NCBI GenBank assembly: GCA_963716175.1
Contig: OY970296.1
Span: 992,001 to 1,056,000 of the forward strand
DNA length: 64,000 nucleotides
Direction of reading: 5' to 3'
DNA from: an uncultured Armatimonadetes bacterium
Lineage (GTDB): Bacteria; Armatimonadota; Hebobacteria; Hebobacterales; Hebobacteraceae
Part shown: positions 38,389 through 49,138 of the stretch, piece by piece
Position numbering within the stretch: the stretch's first letter is position 1
Layout: the number at the start of each line of letters is the position of its first letter
The notes under the pieces: model-generated
Database searches by the model: none
What the model was told of the DNA's origin: nothing
What the model saw: only the letters and a program-made list of their open reading frames with translations
Position numbers and translations under genes: made by a program

Positions 38389-38970
38389 GCCCCTACCCTC
38401 CTGTGGTGTGCGGGATGGTGTCACGCCATCATCCCGCGAGCGCCGGGCACTATTCCTGCCGTCCGCCTGCTGCGCCCGCTGGCCTCGGCGCTTTCTCCTC
38501 GTCCGCAATCTCCTTCAGGGCCTCCTGAAGGTCCTCGTGATCTTCGGTCAGTTTCGAGAGTATGTCCTTCGCCTCCTGGATCCCCGCGCAGACCCGCAAG
38601 GTGACGCTGCTGCAGAACCGCCACTACCGCATGGGCCTGGCGACGCAGGGCATGGGGTACTGGTGCCCACCGCAGGTGGGGCCGTAGCCCAGGGGGTTCC
38701 ACGAGATCCGTCTCCCGTGGTGCGCGTGCTCGCATGGGCGCGTGCGTTCCTGGACGCGGGCGGCGGGGGAGCGACCCGCTGCCGGAGGGTCTCCGCGCAT
38801 CCCCGCCGAACCTCTGTCATTGGCCAGAGGTCTCTCGCTGAGCAGTCTATCACTCCGGCAGGATGACCGACTCCGGTACGGAGGGTACTGACATGGTTGC
38901 CGCTCTGGGTGTTCCAACACCGAGAGCCCTGCTGTTCCCGGGGAGGAAGCGCCACTCCGTTCGCGGTCGC

Positions 38971-39858
38971 ATGGTCGCTCTCGCGCTTCCGTGTCTGCTC
39001 GTGTGGGCAGTCGCGGCATCTGCCGCGGACGCACCAGAGCCGTCGGCCGCGCAGTTGGGTGTGCTTGCGCCTGTCCAAGTTGAGGCTCAGGTGAACGTGC
39101 CCAAGGACGGGTTATGGCGCTCTCCGCACTCCACCTTCGTCTGCGCTGACACAGTCCGGGTCGTCCCAGAAAAGGGCCAGCCTCTGCAGGCGTGCGAGGG
39201 CGAACCGCAGCGCGGCCAGTTTCAGTGTCGCCCGGACGGGAGCATCAAGTTCGCCGCGGCGGACGCGGGGCGGAGGCTGGTGGTGCGCTACCAGTTTCGG
39301 CCTCGCCGCGCGGCTGTCCTGGACGCGGCCACGCCAACCGACTACCCCGATGTCGTCCCTCTGCTCGGCAAGGCCCTCACCGAGGAGCTCGGCAAACGCG
39401 GCTTCGTGGTCATATCCACGAAGGAGATAGCGGATGCCGCGGCCGCGGTAGCGCTGGGCGCCGCCTCCCCCCGCTCCATTCCGCCACCGGAGAAGCTGGT
39501 GGCACTGGCCCAGCGGGTGAACGCCGCCTACGTGGTCGTCCCCGGTGTAGCCGTCACGCACCACAGCACGCCAGGCAGCGTTGATCTCGGGATCCCGGTG
39601 CCTGAGAAGAAGCCCGAGCGCCACCCCAGGTCCCCTACCGAAGAAGAGCAGACTCTGTCGCTCCCGATCTCGCAGGATAGGCTCTACGGCGCGGTCCGCA
39701 TCACTGTGGTGGACGGCGCTTCTGGCAGTGTGATCGCCGACGAGGCCACGTCGGGCTACCAGCGGGTGCGCCTGTACTGGTTCTCGCACGCGCGGCGCTC
39801 GCTGGTGCTAGACCTCGCCGCCCAGGCCGTGGCCGCCTGGCGTGAGCCATCGCCGTGA
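38971..39858 (+). CDS. Hypothetical secreted protein
   Basis: Signal-like MVALALPCLLVWAVAASAA; C-terminal alpha/beta region weakly CsgG/TolB-N-like; start uncertain (38863-38971). Confidence 0.55.
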   Translation: MVALALPCLLVWAVAASAADAPEPSAAQLGVLAPVQVEAQVNVPKDGLWRSPHSTFVCADTVRVVPEKGQPLQACEGEPQRGQFQCRPDGSIKFAAADAGRRLVVRYQFRPRRAAVLDAATPTDYPDVVPLLGKALTEELGKRGFVVISTKEIADAAAAVALGAASPRSIPPPEKLVALAQRVNAAYVVVPGVAVTHHSTPGSVDLGIPVPEKKPERHPRSPTEEEQTLSLPISQDRLYGAVRITVVDGASGSVIADEATSGYQRVRLYWFSHARRSLVLDLAAQAVAAWREPSP

Positions 39859-40013
39859 TGGGCCGTGCGACGGATGTGGAGTAAGCGGCTGACGGGCGAT
39901 CCCATAGGCCGCCTGGCCGACGACGCGATAGGAACACCCTGCCATGAGCGCGGTACACGGCCTAGGCGCATGGCATCGTGGCGGCGTCAAGTGGGGGTGG
40001 AAGGGCAGGCCCA

Positions 40014-41387
40014 TCACCTGGGAGTGAGGAAGCCGCCTATGCGCGCGAGCGCGAAAGCTCGCTGCTCCGGATCATTGATGCGCCGTGCCATGCTCAGGGC
40101 ATCTTCGGGCGATATCCAGGTCAGATTCGCGGCCAAGATCCCCATCGCCTCCTCGCGCCGGTCGCAAGGTGTTACTTGCTCCACGAGGGCGGTAGCCTTC
40201 TCGCGCTGCTGACGCGTCATCACCCCCAGTACCATCTCCAGCGCCCCCTGCCTCTGCTCCAGGCCTTCGATCGCGGCGGCCATTCGGAACGCCTCCTCGC
40301 CTCGTCCCACCTGCGCCAATGGTCCGAACATGGCCATCAAGAGCGAGATCCGCTCCGTCTCCGGCGCTTCGCGGGCGAGCCCCAGGGCCCGGTCCGGGTC
40401 TACTCGACAGAGGGCGGCAAGCACGCTCTGCCGCGCCTCGAATCGAGCCATGGCCCCCTTGATGGCATCCGCCATCGCCAGCGCTCTGTCCGCGTCAACA
40501 CCGGCTAGCCCTGCGAGGACGCCGTAGGCCAATGCACCCTCTCGCAGCTCCTGGCCCACGATCGCTTGCGCAAGGTCGAGGCCCCGGAGCGGCTGTCCGT
40601 GCTGGGCGAACTCAATCGCGATCATCTGGAGGGCCTCGTCATGCGCGGCGGCGGACTCAACCTCCGCCAGCATCTCCAGAGCACGCTCCGGGGACTCGGA
40701 AGCTAGAGCTGTGAGCACTTCCGCCAGCGCGCTGTCGCGAAGCGCTTTGTCCTGGATCGCCTTCGCTGCCACGAGCCGCTTCTCCGTATCCCCCGCAGTC
40801 CAGCCCCTTCTGGGGGCCATGATGGCCATAAGATCCAGCGCGGCATCTCGCTTCTGGGGGTCCCGGATCCGTTGAGCTGCCTGGTAGGCTCGGTCCATGT
40901 CCTCCTGGACAAGCACCTCAACGTTGCGTGACAGCTCATCGTCACTGCCGGTAAGGAAGGAGTCAGGGTCATCGGCGAACTTCGCGCGGGCTCTTATCAA
41001 TTCCGCAATGCGTGCAAGATCCTCGCGCGAGCCATATTCCCTCTCGCATGCGGGCAACAGACGCAGGGCCAGCCTGGGATCTCGCGCGGAGGCCTGGTCG
41101 AGGATGAAGCCGACAATCCCCTTGTGTCCGCCTTCCACACCCATGCGCCGCATGACGGCTAGCGCCCCCTCCGGGTCCGGACCCGCCTGGGCCAGCACCA
41201 AGAGGTACACGGCCCAGTCTCGCCGCGGCAAATCGGGTATCTGCCTTGCCGCCCGGAGCGCCTCGATGAATGCCTGCTGCGCCAGCCTGGGATCCCGCTT
41301 GACATCCTGTTCAGCCGCGCGCAGCCCCGGGCACGCGAGCCCGATAAGCACCGCCACCGCACCCAGCAGCCAAATGTGTCTGCACAT
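40014..41387 (-). CDS. Secreted alpha-helical repeat (TPR/HEAT-like) protein
   Basis: Signal peptide; ~35-aa repeats 'DP..AL..A..I.D…RD.AL'. Confidence 0.7.
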   Translation of the reverse strand: MCRHIWLLGAVAVLIGLACPGLRAAEQDVKRDPRLAQQAFIEALRAARQIPDLPRRDWAVYLLVLAQAGPDPEGALAVMRRMGVEGGHKGIVGFILDQASARDPRLALRLLPACEREYGSREDLARIAELIRARAKFADDPDSFLTGSDDELSRNVEVLVQEDMDRAYQAAQRIRDPQKRDAALDLMAIMAPRRGWTAGDTEKRLVAAKAIQDKALRDSALAEVLTALASESPERALEMLAEVESAAAHDEALQMIAIEFAQHGQPLRGLDLAQAIVGQELREGALAYGVLAGLAGVDADRALAMADAIKGAMARFEARQSVLAALCRVDPDRALGLAREAPETERISLLMAMFGPLAQVGRGEEAFRMAAAIEGLEQRQGALEMVLGVMTRQQREKATALVEQVTPCDRREEAMGILAANLTWISPEDALSMARRINDPEQRAFALARIGGFLTPR

Positions 41388-41618
41388 GGGGCACTCCCAT
41401 CGGTCGGCCTGTGTGGCCTGGTGAAGTGGTCACTTCGCCCTGAGACCGCCGCAGCCTTGCTCTGACCCGGGCCAGCGCAGAATGACCCGCGGTTCTGACC
41501 ACTATCCGCGGCCGGACCCCTTCAGTGACTCCCAGGCGAGGTGGTAGCCGAAGCCGGGGGTGCCTGGGGCCGTACGCACGAGCGTGGCGCCGGCCGGTGG
41601 CTGACTCACGCGTGCGCG

Positions 41619-42332
41619 CTACTTCGTGCTCTCGCGTCCCTTCGTCTGCCCGGAAGCCCCCGGCTTCTGCCGCTTCAGCACCACTGGCGCCTTGAACGCT
41701 CTATCCTCGCTCGCGTGCTCCAGCAGAAACGCGCGGAGCTGCTCCGGCGAGGCGGTCAGTGTCAGCGCGCCCTCTCTGTCCACGTGCGGAAGATTCAGCG
41801 GCTTCTCCCCGGCCTTCTCAGCCAGCCAGTCCGCATTCAACTCCGCGATCTTCAGCTCGTCGCCCGAAAGGTGGATCCGCGAGACGGTGTGAGTGGGCGC
41901 AAAGTGGAGGAAGAAGGAGAGGAGCACGAAATCGCCCTCCGAGCCATCACCGTCGGTCGTAGTGTCTCCGGGCTTCTCGCCGAGCGCCTGCGGGCAGATG
42001 TCCTCGGGGTAGAGGTCGAGGAAGCGATCCTCTCCCAGCTTGGCGAGCTGCACGCTGAATGTCGCCCAGCGATCCCCCTGGCTCATCTTCAGTTCATAGC
42101 TGGCGGCATCGTTCTCCGCCGCCTCCTCGCTCTTCTTGAACGCCCAGATAACGGGGGACTTCTCGGCCGCCTGCTCGCCCTTCTCCGGCTGTTGCTCCCA
42201 CGACCCGATCAGCGCTGGCTCGAAGACGACGTCCCTCTCGGTGTAGAACGGCTGCAGAGAGTTGACGACGAAAACACAGCCACAGACGCAGACGACCATC
42301 GCGAGGAAAACGATAAGCAGCGCTGTACGCAT
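41619..42332 (-). CDS. Hypothetical lipoprotein
   Basis: Lipobox-like VCGC followed by SLQPFYT…LIGSW; AAGGA RBS. Confidence 0.7.
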   Translation of the reverse strand: MRTALLIVFLAMVVCVCGCVFVVNSLQPFYTERDVVFEPALIGSWEQQPEKGEQAAEKSPVIWAFKKSEEAAENDAASYELKMSQGDRWATFSVQLAKLGEDRFLDLYPEDICPQALGEKPGDTTTDGDGSEGDFVLLSFFLHFAPTHTVSRIHLSGDELKIAELNADWLAEKAGEKPLNLPHVDREGALTLTASPEQLRAFLLEHASEDRAFKAPVVLKRQKPGASGQTKGRESTK

Positions 42333-42734
42333 GGTTCTGGTCCTTTGCCCTTAGGTGGCAGGTTCTACCTCCGGCCTGGATGCCAGCTGCACGGAGGGCA
42401 CGAGTCAAGTGGGGCAACCGGGCCCGACGTCCGCTGCACGTTCTCGGATCTCTGCCCCCCGAACGATGCGCCCACACCCCAGATCGCGGTGTCGCCCGTG
42501 CAGGCCGGCGCGCACGCAAGGGACAGCAGAAGAATGGGTGCGATGAGCAGCCGAGCCTTCATCCGTCGGGCGTAGCATGCTATCTGGGCCGCCAAACCAG
42601 TGTCCCAAGGCTACTTTACAGCCACACAGATCCCTATGCCCTCCCCGGCCCAAGTGCAATCGATTCGATCCCAGGCCAACCCCGTCCACTCTACGACGAC
42701 TGCTGTCAAGATGATAGGGAGTCTCGAGGCGGTG

Positions 42735-44732
42735 CTACGGGCGTGTCACCACTTCGGCAGGCCCGAGCTCGAAGACCAGCAGCTTGTGGGTGCCGAGGTC
42801 GAAGGTGGTACTCACTACACCTTCGCTCACCTGGGCGCACAGACTCTCTTCCGCCCCCGATGGGTAGTCTATCTGCCGCGCCCCTACCAAGCGCCTTCCT
42901 GCTGGGAGAGAGATGCGCAGGCCGATGCCCGATACGGGTCTGGGGACCATATGGTCTGGGCCGACGCCGCAGTAGTTGGTGGCGCGCACGATGATGCGAT
43001 CATCGGAGCAGTAAGGCAGCAGCAGGACCTTGCGAGGAGCATCGGTCTGGAGAGGCTGTTGGATGCTGGCCTGCTGCAGCATTGCCAGCAGTTGCTGGCG
43101 CAGCGGTTCGCCCTGGGCCTGCTCCGGGTCCTGCTCGGCCGCGTCGCCCCTGTCCCTGCGCCCGCCCCGGCCGGGGCGGGCGAGCCGCACGTATTGGCCG
43201 CCCAGAAGTGGCCCCGCCAGCTGGCCAGCCAGTAGGGCTTCCCCGGTCTCCGGGGTGGGGGAGCCGTTCTCGTCCATGGTGGCGTTCTCGCCGAGGGCGA
43301 GGATCTTGCCGCCTCGCTGCACGAAGCCCTGTAGCTGGGAGGCTTCTGTCGCTCCGATGCATCTGGCTCCAGGGAGTATGAGCAGGTCAATGCCCTCCAG
43401 GGAGCCCAGGCTGTCTTCGGTCAAGACCTGGAAGGGGAGGTTGGATTCCAAGAGCATCATCGCTACCCCGAAGAACTCGGAGGCGAAGATATCCTCCTGG
43501 GCCGCCAGGTCCACCCGGTCAACGGTCTGCTGGGAGAAATAGAGGCCCAGCTTGCGCATCGGGCGCAGTGCGGGATGGTAGTAGAGTTCCTCGTGGGAGC
43601 GGATGTAGGAGAAGATCTCCCTGCGGGCGCCATAGTCGGCGGAGCCACTCATCCCGGGGGGCTTGTTCTCATAAAAGCAGCAGCCGTGGCTGATCTGGGT
43701 GGCGGCATTCAGCCGCTGCGCGTCCCCGCTGTCCCCGTAGGAGAGTATCCAGGTGGGATGGTCGCGGTCAACTCCCCGGTAGAAGGCGTAGACAGCATTG
43801 TCATACAGCCAGTTGTAGTAACGGGCGCGGCCGGAAGCACGCGCCGCCGAGCCATACTCGTGGGCCAGGTAGTCAGTCACCCTCTGCAGCCTGGTAGCTG
43901 CCTTAGCCTCGGCAGGCCCCTGCCAGTCGAAGCCGCCATAGTGCTCTACCCCGAATCTCAGCTTGGGCGACACCGACTGGGCGGCCTCCCTCAGGGTGCT
44001 CACGAACTCAGCCATCGTGTCCTGCCGCCAGCGGACCCAGGCTCTCCAGGCGGGGTCTTCCCAGTTCACCTTCCGGGGGGCCTCAAAGCCAGTTTCCGCT
44101 TTGAATTTCTCGAGAGAGAAGCGGTCGAAGCTCGCCCAATGGGGGCCTGAGCGGGCCCAATACATGACGAAGTGCGGAACATCGAACCAGATGCCGTCGG
44201 CCCCATCGGAGGCGATCCTCTTCACCAGCGCGATGGCCCGCTCCCTGACAAATGGGCTGGTGGGAGTTACCCAGGCATCCTCAGCGTCATTCTCCACCCA
44301 GAAGGCGGCCCGGCCGTAGCTGACTATTGGCTGGCCCCCGATACCCACCTGGACTGCTTCGGGGTGTTCGGTGAAGAAGGTCTGCTGACCCGGATCGAGC
44401 TTGCCGTCCCCGTCCTTGTCCGCGCCCGGGGTCTGGACTTCCAGAGGGGCGATGTAGATGACGATCTTCAGGTCCGGGTACTGCTTCCTCAGTTCCGCCA
44501 GGTCGGGATAGAGCACACCCGGGGGCACATCTACATCCGGCAGCCCATTGACGTGGAACAGCACCACGTTGACGCCGTCTCTCTGCACGGCTGGAAGGTC
44601 CTCGGTCCCTTCCGGGGTGGTGATGCGGGCGGCGCGCAGCCAGCTCACTCCGTCCCTGACAGCATTCTCCGCTCTCAGCCCGCAACAGGACAGGAACAGC
44701 GCGAGACCGGCAAACAGAAGTGTCTTCACCAT
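42735..44732 (-). CDS. Secreted glycoside-hydrolase-like TIM barrel with GH42-type trimerisation (GATase-like) domain
   Basis: Signal MVKTLLFAGL; GADGIWFD, FKAETG…WVRWR, LESNLPFQVL…LLILPG…FVQRGGKIL. Confidence 0.7.
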   Translation of the reverse strand: MVKTLLFAGLALFLSCCGLRAENAVRDGVSWLRAARITTPEGTEDLPAVQRDGVNVVLFHVNGLPDVDVPPGVLYPDLAELRKQYPDLKIVIYIAPLEVQTPGADKDGDGKLDPGQQTFFTEHPEAVQVGIGGQPIVSYGRAAFWVENDAEDAWVTPTSPFVRERAIALVKRIASDGADGIWFDVPHFVMYWARSGPHWASFDRFSLEKFKAETGFEAPRKVNWEDPAWRAWVRWRQDTMAEFVSTLREAAQSVSPKLRFGVEHYGGFDWQGPAEAKAATRLQRVTDYLAHEYGSAARASGRARYYNWLYDNAVYAFYRGVDRDHPTWILSYGDSGDAQRLNAATQISHGCCFYENKPPGMSGSADYGARREIFSYIRSHEELYYHPALRPMRKLGLYFSQQTVDRVDLAAQEDIFASEFFGVAMMLLESNLPFQVLTEDSLGSLEGIDLLILPGARCIGATEASQLQGFVQRGGKILALGENATMDENGSPTPETGEALLAGQLAGPLLGGQYVRLARPGRGGRRDRGDAAEQDPEQAQGEPLRQQLLAMLQQASIQQPLQTDAPRKVLLLPYCSDDRIIVRATNYCGVGPDHMVPRPVSGIGLRISLPAGRRLVGARQIDYPSGAEESLCAQVSEGVVSTTFDLGTHKLLVFELGPAEVVTRP

Positions 44733-44875
44733 GGACCCAATCCTTCTTCCCCCTGTCCTGGTTCTTCGCCCCGATGCCGGCCCAACCCTGCTCTGACGGG
44801 CTTTCGGCGGTATCGTGGACACTCCATTTCCCTGGAAAGCGAACCCACGTGGAAGCAACTGGGACCTCGGTCTGC

Positions 44876-45007
44876 CTGGAGCCCATTTCATAACCTACCT
44901 GCTGGCTGGCCGCACCACGCCCTCGCATGAAATGCGCCTGCCACGGCCTGACGTTGTGCAGTGCTGTTTCATAACCTCCCCTGGGAAGGTTATGAAACAG
45001 CTTCTAA
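44876..45007 (+). mobile_element. 132-bp MITE-like element, family A, copy 1
   Basis: Near-identical to 46565-46696; ends CTGGAGCCCATTTCATAACC…GGTTATGAAACAGCTTCTAA. Confidence 0.75.
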
Positions 45008-45107
45008 TGGCGTTCGCACAAAGAAGTAATGTGCGAACGCCGCTGTGGGCCCGTCTGAGCAGTTGCCCGAGCTTCGCCCCGTTACTTCCTTGGGCGAACC
45101 TCAGTAG
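45004..45107 (+). mobile_element. 104-bp MITE-like element, family B, copy 3
   Basis: Closely matches 13921-14024; shares its CTAA with the end of family A copy 1. Confidence 0.75.
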
Positions 45108-45159
45108 TGATGAAGGCGGAGCTGTTCAGAGCGTGTCAGCGCCGCCGCGTTCGTCTTAC

Positions 45160-45222
45160 GCGACGGAACCCCAGGCAGTGGCACCCAGCCGAGCGGGTAG
45201 CCCGAGTCGGAGGCGCCTGGCA
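45160..45222 (+). repeat. Partial copy of repeat family C
   Basis: GCCGAGCGGGTAGCCCGAGTCGG matches 46902-46924. Confidence 0.5.
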
Positions 45223-45459
45223 GGGGACGGGCAGCGGGCTGTCGTATAGGACAAGAGGATGTTGGATTCGGTGGAGCGTTGGGACGCGGCCGTTCCTGGT
45301 CCTGGGTCGGCTGATCGATGGCAATCCCGGAGATGCGTCCCGTGACACACCTCTCGCCTCTGGTCGGCACCGCGGTACGAGAGGAGAGAAGGGAGGGCTG
45401 CAGGCGCTCCTATCGTGAGCATCGTGAATGTCGTTCACTTCTCGTTGAGGAGGAAACCA

Positions 45460-46554
45460 ATGCTGAGACGACGGGGTTTCACACTGATCGAACTGCTGGT
45501 CGTGATCGCGATTATTGCGATCTTGGCCGCGATGCTGTTTCCTGTGTTCGCCCGAGCGCGAGAATCGGCTCGGAAGATTCAGTGTCTGTCGAATGTGAAG
45601 AACGTCGCCATGGCGATCCAGATGTACCTGACGGACTATGACCGGCTCATGCCCAACGAGACCAACCAGATGGCCATCACCTTCTTCAGCGGCGATGGCT
45701 CGACCGGCCCGGGGGGTGATAGTGACGGCATGTCGAGCAGCGGCGTATGCCTGGAGCGCGCCTACGACGCGAATCCATTCCTGCGTCCGGCCACGATCCT
45801 GGAGGAGTACGTGAAGAACCGGGACGTCTACAGGTGCCCGAGCGCCAAGAACCCAAGCTACGCGAGCTGGATCGTCCCGAACTACGGCCCTGGAGGCTAC
45901 CTCGGCTACCTGATCGCGACGAATGGGCAGTGGGGCCGGGCCAATTCGGACTACGGCCCCTGCAACATCGCCTGGCCGCCCGGCTGGGGCGGAACAGTGA
46001 CCGACTCCATGATCCAGCAGGCTGGGGGCAGCGCCGATACTGGAGCCGTTGAGTTCGGCGCCAACATCAACGTCAACCAGTGGAACGCCGGCACGAAGAC
46101 GAGCCAGATCGATGATCCGAGCTGGTATGTGGCCTGCGGCGACAGCGGCGGCCGCATCGACCGAATGGATCCGGCACTGCTGGCCTATCCTGACGTCTGC
46201 ATCCTGGCCTGCGCCAGCCCAGTCTGCTGGCAAGCGGACTGGGTGAACTGTTCCTGGACCCAGTCCTGCGGCGCGCACATTGAGCTCAAGCAAGACAAGG
46301 AGGCGTTGAAGCAGTTCGCGCGTCACCTTGGCGGCAGCAACATCGGCTTCATGGACGGTCATGCCGGGTGGATGCCCGCCCAGGCCATTCTGAATGCATC
46401 ACCGAGATTCGCGTGCGGCTGCTGGGGAGGCGGGCTTGTACAGCGCCAACTCAAGGGGTTCAGCGACCTCGGCTTTCCCACTTCTGCGGCCGGCACGTCA
46501 GGCCATCCCGAGGGATCCTGGCCGGGCTGCAGCGATCAGATTCCGCTCTACTGA
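45460..46554 (+). CDS. Prepilin-type N-terminal cleavage/methylation protein, DUF1559 / H-X9-DG type (paralogue)
   Basis: [31 protein letters not shown]; [15 protein letters not shown]; GAGGAGG RBS. Confidence 0.9.
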   Translation: MLRRRGFTLIELLVVIAIIAILAAMLFPVFARARESARKIQCLSNVKNVAMAIQMYLTDYDRLMPNETNQMAITFFSGDGSTGPGGDSDGMSSSGVCLERAYDANPFLRPATILEEYVKNRDVYRCPSAKNPSYASWIVPNYGPGGYLGYLIATNGQWGRANSDYGPCNIAWPPGWGGTVTDSMIQQAGGSADTGAVEFGANINVNQWNAGTKTSQIDDPSWYVACGDSGGRIDRMDPALLAYPDVCILACASPVCWQADWVNCSWTQSCGAHIELKQDKEALKQFARHLGGSNIGFMDGHAGWMPAQAILNASPRFACGCWGGGLVQRQLKGFSDLGFPTSAAGTSGHPEGSWPGCSDQIPLY

Positions 46555-46564
46555 GTCGTTCAGC

Positions 46565-46696
46565 CTAGAGCGCATTTCATAACCTACCTGCTGGCTGGCC
46601 ACACCATGCCCTCGCATGAAATGCGCCTGCCACTGCCTGACGTTGTGCAGTGCTGTTTCATAACCTCCTCTGGGAAGGTTATGAAACAGCTTCTAG
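46565..46696 (+). mobile_element. 132-bp MITE-like element, family A, copy 2
   Basis: CTAG at both ends; imperfect TIR CTAGAGCGCATTTCATAACC / GGTTATGAAACAGCTTCTAG; internal hairpin GCTGTTTCATAACCT…AGGTTATGAAACAGC. Confidence 0.8.
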
Positions 46697-46781
46697 GGAT
46701 CTGACAGCAATCGGCGGCTGGTGGGGTGTCGATGACACTCCGCCGGCTTCCGCCTGTCACCGGAGTGGCACCCCGTGCCCA

Positions 46782-46935
46782 TGTCAGGGGCCCCCTGGAG
46801 CCGGCCTGACATCACGCCGCCAATCGGAATGCTGTGAGCCGTGCGTCCGAGAGGAGCAGCGGCCCGACGGTGCGCGACAGAGCCCCGAACAGTAACTCCC
46901 GGCCGAGCGGGTAGCCGGAGTCGGGGGTGCTCGGG
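46782..46935 (+). repeat. Repeat family C, copy 1 (~150 bp, function unknown)
   Basis: Core TGGAGCCGGCCTGACATCACGCCGCCAA.CGGAATGC.GTGA shared with 49139-49290. Confidence 0.65.
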
Positions 46936-47046
46936 GCCGGCGCGGCCGGGTGCCCGCTCAGGCATAACTGATAGGCAGAGGAGACGCTCGGCGCACGACG
47001 AAGGCCGGTCTTGGGTGCCTGCAGTTCGTGGCAAGAAGGAACAGGA

Positions 47047-49104
47047 ATGGCCTGGCGCCGCCGCGCGCTCGCGGTCCTGATCGTCTGTCTGCTGTTGTCT
47101 ACCAGCGCTTTCGGAGGCGCCGAAAGGAGAAGCACTGTGCCCGCTCAGTCACCTCGGCCCATTACGCTGTATGTCGCTGCCGACGGCGATGACGGGTGGT
47201 CCGGTAGGCGGCGAAGCGCGAATGCCGAGAGGAGCGACGGCCCCTTCGCCACCATCACCCGCGCCCGCGATGCGATCCGAGTCCTGCCCGCGGCAGTTCG
47301 CCGTGCGCGGCGCATCATCATCTCCATTCGCGGTGGCGTCTATCGCCTCTCGGAGCCTCTCGTGTTCACCCCCCAGGATTCCGGCACGATGGCACATCCC
47401 GTCACTTACCAGGCCTCCCGCGGCGAGACGCCGGTGTGGAGCGGCGGCCGCCGCATCGCCGGCTGGACCAAGACCGAAGGCGGCCTGTGGAAGGCGCACG
47501 TGCCAGCGGCGGCAAAGGGAGAGTGGCAGTTCGGTCAGCTCTTCGTGAACGGCCGCCGCGCGCAGCGCGCGAGGATGCCGAACCCGGGCAGCTTCTTCCT
47601 GGTGGAGGGGAAGATCTCCTCGACCGGCCCGGCGACCTTCCGATATCGCGGCTCCGATATCAACCCGGCATGGGCGCAGCGGGGAGACGTGGAGGTGATC
47701 CCCCTACTGACCTGGACGGCGAGCCGGCTGAAGATCAGGTCCGTTGACCCCACGACAAAGACGGTAACGCTGTCCGGTCCGGTGCTGCAGTGGGGTGCGG
47801 AGTGGGAAAGCGACCCGCGCTATTGGGTCGAGAACACGCGCGACGCACTGGACCAACCCGGCGAGTGGTACTTGGAAAGGCGGAGCGGGGACATCTACTA
47901 TCTGCCGCGGCCAGGCGAGGACATGGCGGCCGCGGAAGTGATCGCTTCGACGCTGGTTCAGCTCGTGCGCTTCGAGGGCGATCCGGCGCAGGGCGAGTTC
48001 GTCCATGATATCGCCATCCGGGGCTTGACGTTCGCGCATACGGACTGGACGCTCCCCGCGGACGGCTACACCGAGACCCAGGCCGCCGTCGGCATCCCAG
48101 CAGCGCTGGAGGCGAACGGCGCCAACCGGGTCACCATCCAGCGCTGCCAGTTCACGCATCTCGGCGGCTATGCGCTCGCCTTCGCTCGCGGCTGCCATGA
48201 CATCTCCATCGACCACAATCAGATCGCCGACATCGGCGCGGGCGGGATCAAGATCGGCGAGACCGAGATTCGGCAGGAGGCGGCCGACCAGACGCGCGGG
48301 GTGGCCGTCACCAACAACCACATCCACGATATCGGCATCGTTTACCCGGCGGCCGTCGGCATCTGGGTGGGGCAGAGCGCAGGCAATCGCCTCGCCCACA
48401 ACCGCATCCACGACACCTACTACTCGGCCATGTCCGTCGGTTGGACCTGGGGCTATGGCCCGACGAACGCTCGCGACAACGTCATCGAGTACAACCTGGC
48501 GCACGACATCGGCCGAGGAATGCTCAGCGACATGGGCGCCATCTACACGCTCGGCGTCCAGCCCGGCACCGTGATCCGCCACAACCTCTTCCACGACATC
48601 CGCTGCCAGCCCGGGGGCTACGGCGGCTGGGGCATCTACCTGGATGAAGGGAGCACCAGCATCCTGGCGGAGGACAACGTAGTCTACAACACCGCGACCG
48701 GTGGTTTCCACCAGCATTACGGGAAAGAGAACACAGTCCGCAACAACATCTTCGCCTTCTCCGCCCGCGGCCAGCTCCAGCGCACCCGTCCTGAGCCGCA
48801 CCTCAGTTTCACCTTCGCGCGCAACATCGTCTACTGGACCAACGGATCGCTGCTCGACGGCAACTGGCTGGAGGGGCAGGTGAGCCTAGACCGCAACTTG
48901 TACTTCAACGCCGCGGGTCATCCGATCACCTTCGCTGGCAAATCGCTCGCCGAGTGGCAGGCCGCCGGCCGCGATGTGCATTCCCTGATCGCCGACCCGC
49001 GCTTCGTGAACCCTCAGCGGCACAACTTCGCGCTCAAGCCGGATTCCCCTGCCCTCCGGCTCGGCTTCCGCCCCATCGACCTGCGGGGCGTTGGGCCCCA
49101 GTAG
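47047..49104 (+). CDS. Secreted right-handed parallel beta-helix protein (GH141-like)
   Basis: Signal peptide; YVAADGDD…GPFAT…RGGVY, LDQPGEWY, SDMGAIYTLG, GIYLDEGS motifs. Confidence 0.8.
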   Translation: MAWRRRALAVLIVCLLLSTSAFGGAERRSTVPAQSPRPITLYVAADGDDGWSGRRRSANAERSDGPFATITRARDAIRVLPAAVRRARRIIISIRGGVYRLSEPLVFTPQDSGTMAHPVTYQASRGETPVWSGGRRIAGWTKTEGGLWKAHVPAAAKGEWQFGQLFVNGRRAQRARMPNPGSFFLVEGKISSTGPATFRYRGSDINPAWAQRGDVEVIPLLTWTASRLKIRSVDPTTKTVTLSGPVLQWGAEWESDPRYWVENTRDALDQPGEWYLERRSGDIYYLPRPGEDMAAAEVIASTLVQLVRFEGDPAQGEFVHDIAIRGLTFAHTDWTLPADGYTETQAAVGIPAALEANGANRVTIQRCQFTHLGGYALAFARGCHDISIDHNQIADIGAGGIKIGETEIRQEAADQTRGVAVTNNHIHDIGIVYPAAVGIWVGQSAGNRLAHNRIHDTYYSAMSVGWTWGYGPTNARDNVIEYNLAHDIGRGMLSDMGAIYTLGVQPGTVIRHNLFHDIRCQPGGYGGWGIYLDEGSTSILAEDNVVYNTATGGFHQHYGKENTVRNNIFAFSARGQLQRTRPEPHLSFTFARNIVYWTNGSLLDGNWLEGQVSLDRNLYFNAAGHPITFAGKSLAEWQAAGRDVHSLIADPRFVNPQRHNFALKPDSPALRLGFRPIDLRGVGPQ

Positions 49105-49138
49105 CCCGGGCCCCGGTGGCGACGAGACATACTGTCGT

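Noticed and set aside
46782-46935. Group II intron domain V/VI remnant
   Set aside because: GAGCCG occurs, but the GNRA-capped domain V stem and a following domain VI are not formed
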